From positions 6,671,102 to 6,735,101 of the forward strand of contig NW_002060944.1 of assembly GCF_000150275.1 (NCBI RefSeq): a stretch of 64,000 nucleotides of DNA, in the 5' to 3' direction. The position numbers were made by a program, and so were the translations under genes. The stretch is from Trichoplax adhaerens. Lineage: Eukaryota > Animalia > Placozoa. How positions within the stretch are numbered: position 1 is the stretch's first letter; each line of letters opens with the position of its first letter. The notes under the pieces are model-generated. The model worked only from the letters and a program-made list of their open reading frames with translations, was not told the origin of the DNA and ran no database searches. This document shows, piece after piece, positions 10,776 to 22,081 of this stretch.

Positions 10776-13700
10776 TTATTTTTTCTTGCCTTTAATTTTT
10801 ACTTTCGATTCAGGCTGCAGAATAATCAAATGCAATGCCATATTAAATTAAAAAATAATATAAAGTTTAAGATAGTAACAAATTTATAAGTAATTTCTGT
10901 CGACGTAGGTATTTAGGCAGGTTATTATGGTATATGAATTTTAAATTACGCAAATAGAAATATCAAAGAAATTACCTTTAGTATGCTAAATGAGCATAAC
11001 AAGTCTTTAGTCACATTCATAGCTGCAGCAGCGTTATCAAATTCTCCACAGTAATTTGGAGCGCTAAACAGTGTTACTAGCTATAAAAATATAAGAAAAG
11101 GATACTTAAAAGGGAGAAGATTAGGCCCTGATAAAGTAAAATTATATCACATACCTTTCTCTTATGAAAGAATTGATATCCATCTTCTACAACCTAACGA
11201 TTTTTTGTTGATATAACAGTAAATTTTAACATACTTACAAATACAGCCAATAATATGATATTATATAGAAATGTATTAGATCACTTATCTAATATCCAAC
11301 CGTAAGAGTACACTTAATGATGCAATTAAGATTATAATTCGAACCTGATGAGCTCTACAGATTAGACTACAATCATGCTTGGTTAAAAATTCTTCGACAA
11401 CATCGCCTCCAAATGTAAATGAAACACCACGATCATTTTCTCCCCAACCAGTGATATCCTAAGGAGGAAGAGCAATTATTAGCCAAAATTTATATAGTTA
11501 TATAATACCCAATTTCACTGTTCCAACAAAATAATTTTAAAAGCTCGCTTTCTCTATGAGAAACTGCTAAGAATCAACAGTACGAATAAAGACATTAGAG
11601 ATAGACTTACTTCGTCTGGATCTGACCACAGTAAATCGCAAACTAAGCCGTGATCAGGTACATCTAGTGGTCTTTCTGTTTCGACAATCTAATATGACAT
11701 TAAAACGAATTACTACTATACAATTTCACATAATTTTATCTGTTAGAAATACATATGCATATATTAAGCTGACGAAAATGATTATAATGGATGCACGCAT
11801 TATAAATTTCTTCTCACATTAGCTACGGTAGAAAAAGCCTTTCTATAATATCCTTCAAATCTTGGATAAGTAAACACTTTCACTAACTTACTTGCTCAAG
11901 TTCATCTAACGCAGGCGATAATCCACCATGAGTACAAAATATTGTGTTTTCCACTAAAGCGGCTAATTTATAAGAAACAAGCATGTTTTAGTCAATAACA
12001 ATATTTAATTCCTATGGTATGCAATAGCTCATAAGCTGATTTTTCTCTAGTTCATCGTGAGTTTCTATATTGTAAAATTAACTATCTAGCGCAAAGTAAT
12101 CCGTTTAGATAACTACTGTATGGAATCAAAAGAAGACAGATACATTTAACTTGTTATTCGTAACCTGATAGACAGACAGAGAAAATAACAGCAGCAAAAT
12201 AAAACTGATTAATAATTTAACGTATGATTTGTAGTTCAGGATGCTAGAACACATTAAAGACTATTTTGCATCAAAACAATTTCAGCTAAATGCTTAATAT
12301 GAAGCAGATTGAATGATACCTTGCAAATATAAATAAATTTAAGTTAATACTAAGTATGAATTTATCGAATTTATATAAAAGCTTTTTTTGATAAAATTCA
12401 TTTATCTTGATATTTTAATACGAAATCATATTCGCGAAGATCTAATGTCATATCATACTTTCAACACACTGAGGATAGCTAGCCTAAGCGTAATCTTTAG
12501 ATTAACGTTCAAATACATCTTTTTTAAGCAGATAGAACTTTATCTTGTATAAAATGAATCTTAGCTCGGTATCAAATATGAATCACACAAAGTGAATGGT
12601 TGCATTAGTAATTGCCTAAGGATTTCTCAACGTTATCGAATAGAAGATATTAGAATGAAACTGATTACTGCTGTCGTTGATAGTTCGTATAGAATTTGAA
12701 GGAAGATATTAATAACCCTAATTAATTAATATGTTGCCAACTGTAAAGAGAACATCAAACTGTATCAAAGTCTTGCAGTACATCAATTTTCTAAGATATC
12801 GGAACGACTAATCCTGTAACATTTAAAATTTTCGATCTAGCAGTTGCAGTATTCTCAATAATGATATTTTATGTTTTCACTGATAAAAAATATTGCAAGC
12901 TTAATTTTCACTTGATAAAAAAATAAGGTTTAGATTCATTATATATGATCAAGATCGTTTGAGTATTTCTCGTAAAGGCATTAAATTTTAAATGGCATCA
13001 TTGTATTCTATTACTGCTATTATACTAATTTCTAAAAATTCGACATCTTGTTTAGATGGTAGCAATTATATCTAGAATATGAATACGGAAGAGATTTTTA
13101 CATCATTTTAAAGAGAACAGAACATGAAGGCTTAATCTCATCATGTCGATCTATTTGTACTTCTTTTACCCTTGAAGCAATTATTCAGCTAAAACTCAGA
13201 CGATTAAAATGCCGGTAGAACTTTAATAATTATTAGCTGGGACCAATTAATACTACTCCGATGTTAATGTTTATCAGCCTACACTTGGAGATCCTACAAG
13301 ATTGTCAACTGCAAGTACTGTATAAATTTTGCAAATTATTGATTGAGGTTAATGCATAGAAGTTAAGAGTATTATTGCTATTGGTTAGGTTAGGCTATGT
13401 AGTTATATAATATCTACTACTAAGAAGGTACACTATTAGCTTGTTACTAATAATGATTATCCCATATATCTTTTGGACGTCTGAGTTCTAGTGAATTATA
13501 GGTGTTGGAGATCTCTATTAGTATGGAAGAGACTTAAATCTTTCTAGTTAATCACGCAGTATATAATGTTGAGAAGGACAGTGTTAGCTATTAACTACTA
13601 ACAATAATCCAAAATATCATCGTGTATATCAAATTCTGGTGCATTGTAAGCCCTCGATAGCTATATTAACCTTGAATTGACTAGGAATTTTCGTTTAAAA

Positions 13701-16700
13701 ATCATTTTGCATATTCAGACTCTAATATATTATTGATATTGGATATCCAGTTTATAAAAAATCTATTCATATCTATATAGCTATCGATCATATTAATAGG
13801 TACGGTACAGCTAATAATTAATTGCAATTATCTGCTACACTTTTCCTTTTATATCCGAACTTGATCATATTAATGTTCGATACTCATTTGGTAAGAAAGC
13901 AATTCGATAGCCCTTTAGTATTAACATCGTAGACACAAATCAATAAGATCTATATTAGAGATACCTAAAGTATAGACTAGTTCTATCGATATGTAGTATT
14001 ACAATAGCACAGCTTGTCAGCAATCGGTAACATTGAGGGTTATTATTGGTAATATGAAAAGTTAGCAATAATAATCAAATTAGTAACAAGTCAGCGAAAA
14101 TCACTACAATGTCTTTACAATATGTCGTTAAATATATCTCTAGGTGATAATAGTATGCTTGTATTATTTTACAGAATGGTACATGTCTAAAAAATTAGAC
14201 TAGAAAAAATGAGGTTTACAAAAACGCCTTTGATAAATAAAAGACAGTGGAAAGACATATTTCATGTTGGGTCGTGACATGCCGTAAGATTTCTACATTC
14301 AATGATTGCATAATTAAGTATACAATTGTGTCTTACAGGATCATAAATTCTTTCGACTGCAAATCTGCTAAAGACTACTTAACGTCAAATAGTACAGTTG
14401 ATAACATGATAAAAGAAAAAATAACCAATTTTGTATAATCATACATGTGTTTTTTAGATCATACAACTTACCAATTGGTAAACAATTAAAACAATCGGTA
14501 AATGTCTTCCATAACTTGATGTTATAGCGCCGTTTACATTCGTCATAAAATCCGTAAATGCTAATTGTAAAGGTAGAAGAAAAAATATCAAAGTTAACAG
14601 TAGTGTATGTATTTTAATAGCATAACATTTACCATTGTCATAGATAGAATAACTCCTTCCTCCCATCTATCAAAGAGTATATTCCAAAAAGCCTGAATTA
14701 TTATTAGTTTATTAAAAGTCACTTTAGTACAGTATTAATATTCCTCTACTTTTGCCAATATATGGCATAAAAGGATTATATGATCTTTATTATGGTATTC
14801 ATGACATACTTAAATCTATAATATTAAAATTACAGACAACAATAATCCTATACTCATTAAAGACAGTTAAAAAGTGCCGAATGGAAACAGATTTTGGTAA
14901 AATTATATCAGCGTTACTTCATTAATCTGATCGCAAAATGTGTCATCTAAAGTAAATTTTTACTTTATAAAAGAATAGGTGAAAAGTAAAGTCTAAATTT
15001 GAAGTTTAGACTATACAGTAGAAAGAAGAGAGTAAAATTGAAAATCTTATTTTTTTAGGGAAAATAATAAATAGGTAATTGGTGAGTATTAAAGTTACAT
15101 TGTAAAAGAAGACAAGCCATATATAAATCATATATTTATCTATCTGATATTGAATGGCTAAAGGTAGTATAAAAAATAGTGAGAGAAATAGGTATTATTA
15201 ATTAGTCTTCCATAAATTTCATCCGACTTATTCATGATTTATGTTCACTAAAAGAAACGTCGATAAGCCAATATATACGTGAATAATACTATAGTGCATG
15301 AGTAGAACTAAAGAAGAACATGCAGGGAAAAAGCAAATATTACCTAAAAGATTACAATAAAAATACGTCAAGATATCCTTAAACTGTTTGCCAATTAACT
15401 GGAGCTAGATGATGAAAGATATTAAAATCTTAATCAAATACATACAATTACCGTGTTATTATCCTGATTTGCTATTCTAGATGATTTTATTCGTACAGTA
15501 ACTACAACTACTAAAGGGTATGGAAATTTTAATTGATATTATAGGTTAAGCTGATAACGTTAATAATTCTTAAGATGAAAATTTGGAAGTTTTAAAGGGT
15601 TGTCATTTTAAAAATGGAAGCAAATAAACTCATTTGAAATATAGTTATGAATTTGCGGCTACTATCATCTATGTATGTTCATCATATGATACCATACTAT
15701 ACTACCAAATAAACAAATGATGTCCAAATATAACAGCATTCAACGGTTATAACAAAAATTTATTAATGGTCCATGTATTAAATGAGACAGGCTTCCTTTT
15801 AAAATTGCAGTAAAATAGAAAAAAGATTTTATCCGATTTCATTGTAACGATTGGGTGTTCTTGGTCATACAAGACCCTTTTAATTTTTTAATTTATAACT
15901 CTTTAAAAAAGGAATTTTCTCATAATATACTGCTATTATTTAACCACTAATGTAAATTTTCAAGTTTTAAATTAAGGAGATTTTTCAAATAGTAGACTTA
16001 TGAACTAGATATATCATAAAGCCTATGAAGCGCACGCAAGTTAAAAAGATATACCTCTAATAAGGTACGAATTAGTTGAATTTTATCAAGTAGATAGTGT
16101 TTTTAGGCTAATTATTTGAATAGGGCGCTATTAGAAGCTTGATGATATCAAAAATTAGTGTAAAATGTAGTGATGATGAGTAGAGAAAAGGCAAGGGCAT
16201 TGCAAATAATGGATAATTAATTATCAATATGAAGTCTATGTTGGTCCTAATTATAATCTTTTTAAAGTGACTTTTTGGAACGATAGTCATGTCTACTTAG
16301 TATGTGTCAAGGCAAAGATACTAAGGAGAAAATTATCAAAGGCATTTGAAGGAACAAATGAGCATATAGACTACTGGGTGTTTACACTTTTATAGGCTTA
16401 AACATCCATTTATTGCAATGTACAGGGGAAACGTAGCAACGGCGAATAGTTCAGAATACTTGTTTAGAACAATTTCTGATTGTATCATTGGACAAATGAA
16501 ATAAAATAGCCAGGTCTGGTAGTAGAAAAGAACTTCATAATATTATCACGAAAGAAAATAAAATCATTTAAATAAATAATGCTAAAAATGATGGTTAGGA
16601 AAAAGTCCGGTTAACAATTATCGTCATTAGAATTGAAATCGACTTGATTAATAGCTATCATGGGCGATGAAAACTAGTTAGCGTTTTTATTTATTTTTAT

Positions 16701-18893
16701 TAATTATTATTCATGGCTATCATTATATTATCGATAAAAGTAGAATCAATATAAATATAATGTAAGCATAGATCCTATTGTACTATAGTATACTATGGAT
16801 CAAATCGAATGAGAGGTACGAGATAATCAAATATTGGTTGAATCTATACTAATTTCTTCCTAATATCAAATGGAGTGATGTAATTATTTCATTTTAATAG
16901 GTTAATAGATTGGAGGATTGCAATTTTTCCATTTTTTCTATCTTGAGTATGATATATTCTGTCCTTTTCATATTATGATTGAAGATATAGCAGCTATGAT
17001 AGACTCAATTGAATAGAATGCCTACATACGTAGTTGCCAATAAGTTGCTAAAATTTAATTCAGCAAGAAAAAATACTGGCCAAAGGAAAAAGTGCAGTCT
17101 TAAGTAATTTACTAATATATGTGCAATCTTACCGATTGATGCCAGCGCATTCATGATTCCCGCGGAGTAAATATAGTTTATCTGGATACTTGACTTTATA
17201 TGCTAATATTAAGCAGATAGTTTCTAACGATCTTTTTCCCCTGTAAATATATAAGTATTTATAAATAAAGTAATTTTAGTAAATGCTGTGCTATAATAAC
17301 ATAAAAGGAAAACATTAGCACAGTAGCAATGATAATTAACATTAATGTAATATTAGCTATTTTCTTTAATCATGAGAGGAATTTAAAATTCAGCAAGTTC
17401 TTAACTTAAAAAAAGAAAAAATAAGGCTGTAGACAAAATTTTACGATTATATTAAATAATGAACTTAAAATTTACTATACGTAATTGTATTGATGATTAT
17501 CCATTTCAGCATTACCGTAATTTGTTATAAAACAAATAATGTCAAAATGGATAGATTGATCAATTGCTTGGATTTGAGCAGATGATTTAGAAAAAGCAAC
17601 TTATATTTATATAGAACTAGCTTTTAAATATGATCACACTATCACCCCTAATTCATAATTATTCTAGTTACGGTATGTGGATGTCAAAAATTTACCGATC
17701 AACGTAATCACCAAGGAATAGGTAACTGGAGTCCGGTGGATAGCCTAATTTATCGAAATGCCTTAAAAGATCTTCATATTGACCATGGATATCACCACAA
17801 ATATTAACTGGCGCATTAACAGAGACAAGCATAGGTTGCTGTAGAAATAGTTGGCGAGAAACTTGACATAATAGCCTGATTTGACTTTCTGGAATTTGAA
17901 CCTAATAAAGATAGAATGAAATCATGCGATCATTAATAGATAATAAACATAAAAAATTTAATTTTCCTAGCATAGTTTTTTCAAGATTAGAATATTACTA
18001 TTGATAATGATCCCAAGCTAGCAATTAAATCTTGCTGTGATCAAAGTGAATAAAATAACACCACGGGATATCAAAGCTAGCATTTATAGACTATGGACAT
18101 CATAGCGAGAATGGAGTATAACGTTCTTAAAAACTAATTGGATAAGAGTGGATAATTAATAGACTTATATTATTCCACTCTGACAAGCTAACAATATAAA
18201 CGCTTAATCTAACTATTTATTTATATCTACGTAGATCTACATAGTTTCAGACTGTACCTTCTAAATTTTAGCGAATTTTATTCTATTTATCATAAAGTAT
18301 AAATTAAAACGCTGAATACTAACTGATGTTTATGAGTATACAGCCATGTTAGCATAAAGATGGATACAATAAAAGAGATAGGATAAGGTCTAGAAATAAA
18401 AGATGGAATTATCCATATTTCTCTTGATGCCATCTACTATCACATAAGAAATTGTTATACTCTCTCAGCCGACAGAGTATACTCGATAAGCAGCAATAAA
18501 GATGAAATTTATAGTTAATCTTAATCCTTTAGTCGACTGCAAAACTAGAACTATACGTTATTGGTACAGTATCGATTCGACATTCAATGTGAAGATTGTC
18601 TATCGTCTCTTCGTCTAATTTATTCATTATTGCACTCTTTCTTGTAATCAATTCTATTCGTATTCGATATTAAAGCAATCGTTTCAGTACGTCATCTACG
18701 TGATGATAATTTCCACTCAATAAAAATTGACTACTGATAATCGTTCAGTATAAAATTGGAATAAATTGATTTATCGTCGTTCTTCATGATAATTAAGCAA
18801 TAGATCACTTACTTGTTTTCCTGGATTACTTCGTACCGATAGCAATTTATCTAATATGGCATCAACATCTAATTCGTGAGATCTTTCCGCCAT
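10776..18893 (-). CDS. PPP1C: Serine/threonine protein phosphatase 1 catalytic subunit-like (divergent), 10 exons, 309 aa
   Basis: Exons 18893-18813, 17901-17696, 17240-17133, 14560-14472, 11962-11892, 11688-11611, 11458-11345, 11193-11155, 11080-10976 and 10814-10776 join in frame (930 nt). Motifs [91 protein letters not shown] and [14 protein letters not shown] are present. Confidence 0.95.
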
Positions 18894-20737
18894 GGTGGAG
18901 TATGAAGTATTTTGACGTTATTGCAAATATTGAAGACTTACAGCGTAATTTAGATCAAGTAAAAATAAGCAATACTGCACAGAAAAGTGTCGACGTGAAA
19001 GCAATACAACTTATCAATAGGTCAAGTAAGTGTAATAGGAAGCATACTGTCTGGATACAACGCTTTAAGAAATTGATGTTAAGGGTAAAATAGTTGTGAA
19101 TTTAATATGCCGTCTAAATAGAAGTTGATAGTCGTTACGTAAACACGTTGAGATCTCACTCTCTCTAGAGAGTCTCTACGCATCTATCATATATATTTCT
19201 GTATACATAAACCAGGCTGTTAATTAGTGCATCTACAGTATATCTATATCTATATGTGCAGTATACTATATATATATATATATGTATACTGTACGTGTAT
19301 ATAACACATACGGGTATATCTATATTCTATATACTGTAGATAATATCCCGTCTACTTCTACTGTAGAACAAAGTATTGTGTTGTTGATATACATAGAGCA
19401 AAAATATTTACCTTTTATGTAGTAAGAGTATTAATAAATGGCAGTAAGAAAATGGCATTGTTTACATCTAATGTATGTAATGTTATTGCTATCTCCATAG
19501 TGAAATGTTGCAGGATGGATACCGTTATCGAGTGATATAAGATACTGAAAATACAGTAACGTCTTCTACAATTCTTTGTTATTATTCCTGGTGATGTTGC
19601 TGTTTGAGCAGTTTAACATACCAAAGTATTGTTGTATACTATTGGTTACTCGGTGCACTCATGATTTGGCCGATATTGTTTTACGTATTACATCGTAAGT
19701 CATATTTGGGTAGTATCCTAGTGTCGCCGGTGTCAAAAAAAAAAAATAATTAATTAGCTAATTAGCGATCGCTATAGACTGCCATCTATGTGGATATCGT
19801 TTTAACGTAAAATATTATTGCACCATCATATCATTTTAGATGGTGAATTGATTTGATTGAAACGGTATTTACTATTTTTATGCAGCAATATAGAGTATAA
19901 ATTAATTTATTATAATTATTAAGCTATCATGGAAAAATACAAGTACATTGTTTATGAATGCCCCTCATCCAATGTTCTTCCAGTCTTTATAGTGAGCCGA
20001 TTCCTGGTGGGGTGCCGTTGTCGACTTGGATCCAAGGTATTGAATATCCTCGTATCTACAGTAGATCACATTATCACTAGTATTCTACAGTAAAAAGTGC
20101 ATCCTTTGATATCACCCGTTCTCAATCACTGACTAATTTTCTATTCTACATCACATCTGCTCCGACTATGTTTAGTTTGTTATGTTTGAGTAGGTAAGCC
20201 ATAGCGGGGCATGGAATGCTTGCATCAATTCATTTTCTATCTGTAAATATTGTTGCATCATTCAACAGTAGTGGCTTACAAAATACTGTAGTACAGTTGA
20301 TGATGGGTAAGTGATTGCCAGTTGCCATTGCTCTTAAACTCTATACTAAACGCTGCTGATTCCATGCAAAAAGGGGATATAAAGTGACCCATGGTAAAGC
20401 CATGTTACACTGTGATTTCAGGGCATCCTATAAATTATGTTACTTACTCTATTTACATTATCTACTGTATTGTAGAGTATAGTGTAGCCAGTTTGGAAAG
20501 AGTTGTTATGGTAGCTAATAGCGATGATATATGTAAAAGAGGTGTTTTTTACACGAGGATTTCTTCTACCTCAAGAGCACATCAAAATTTCTGGGGATGG
20601 GGATACATTGCATAGTAGCAGTAATACACTCCGCGTGATTGATTTCGTTTCAGATCAACCGGTGCATATCTTGGTGATCAATTTTGGTGACGAGTTGTAT
20701 AAAATTGATATCAGACGAAAGAGGAAGGTCTCAATAT

Positions 20738-21517
20738 CGATTGATATCAATTTTACAGCAAACTAGTCCATACTTTTACATTTACTTTATTTATGTTTTT
20801 CGTCATGTGAACTGGGAATGAATCACGCTGTCGACTTCAGAGATATCTAGAAGCAGGACTGTCAACAAGAATATTGTACTGTACACTGTACACTGTACAG
20901 GACGGTTGCTGTGGCCAAAGAAGCAACTCTACAGTACACAGAGTACAGTACTGAATACAGTACTGTACAGTACACCGCTAATTTGGAAATCATTTGTTGA
21001 AATTTTCAGTACTGTCAGCCTCATGTACCTTAACTGTACCGTACTGTAGCGATTGATATCAATTTTACTGCAAACTAGTCCATACTTTTACTTTTATTTT
21101 ACTTTTTCGTCATGTGAACCGGGAATGAATCACGCTGTCGACTTCCAGGGATATCTACTGTAGAAGCAGGACTGTCAACAAGAATATTATACTGTACACT
21201 GTACACTGTACAGGACGGTACTGTGCCCAAAGAAGCAACTCTACAGTACACAGCATACAGTACTAAGTACTGTGACCTGTCTATACTGTAACTGTACAGA
21301 GCTTCTCATAAGTTCTTTCCACTGTTTGAAATTCAATGCAATTATAATTTCAAGTCCTTATTAGACAAATTTGGTATATTTTGATAGCTGAAATGTTTCA
21401 ACATTCAAATATCGTAATAAAAAATGTAAAAAAATCAATTTCTAGATTGAAATTCTACACCGCTAATTAGGAAATGATTTGTTGAAGTTTTTCGTACTGT
21501 CAACTGTACCGTCCTGT
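20738..21517. repeat. Tandem duplication with ~312-bp period upstream of RBBP6; second copy has ~190 bp of extra sequence
   Basis: CGATTGATATCAATTTTAC..AAACTAGTCCATAC..GGGAATGAATCACGCTGTCGACTTC..AGAAGCAACTCTACAGTACACAG starts at 20738 and 21050. The tail TACACCGCTAATT.GGAAAT.ATTTGTTGAA occurs at 20971 and 21456. Confidence 0.93.
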
Positions 21518-21540
21518 CGTGAACGCGCACCTATTATTCG

Positions 21541-21740
21541 ACAGTACAGTACACTCCAAATCGTCCATTTCTATATAAAGTACAGTACTGCAGGCTCCAT
21601 ACTGTACAGTGTACAGTGTACAGTACTGTACTACTGTACTGTACAGCACGCGATGAGCATTACTGTACTGTACTGTAGTACTGTACCACGTTTGGCTATG
21701 CTGTTCACTGAGTGGACACTGTACAGTACTGTACTGTATG
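21541..21740. repeat. ACAGT/ACTGT pentamer-rich tract forming TACAGTACTGTA palindromes
   Basis: e.g. ACTGTACAGTGTACAGTGTACAGTACTGTACTACTGTACTGTACAG at 21601-21646; similar tracts elsewhere in the window. Confidence 0.9.
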
Positions 21741-22081
21741 CAGGCAGTATAAAAAAAGAGCTCTGTCATTTTCAAGCAACAGTAAACCGTCTACTCGACC
21801 ATTGGAGGAGAAGGCATGCATAGTTGGACATAAGCCGTTTGAAAAAAACCCAATTCTCGTCGTTTCCCTTGCTGTAGGCAGCAAGTTGTTGTAATATATT
21901 TCACTACAATGTTACTGTGCTACCTAGTGTAAGTTAGTCAACAATTCAATGACTCAACGACACAATTATTTATAAATTAGCCATAGTATTGTTGTACCGT
22001 AGCGTACTGAAATTGAAGTAAATCAAAATCTCTTTGAACTTTTCCCTGTTGGTCCGTTAAGACATATCCAGTACACCAATT

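Noticed and set aside
14632-14692. 60-nt exon-like segment upstream of PP1 exon 4 (- strand), and ORF 14454-14666
   Set aside because: The segment has an in-frame TGA and no support beyond AG/GT; the ORF is an alternative frame over the true exon.
21479-21894. ORFs rich in YSTVQ/TVLYC
   Set aside because: Translations of the ACAGT/ACTGT repeats.
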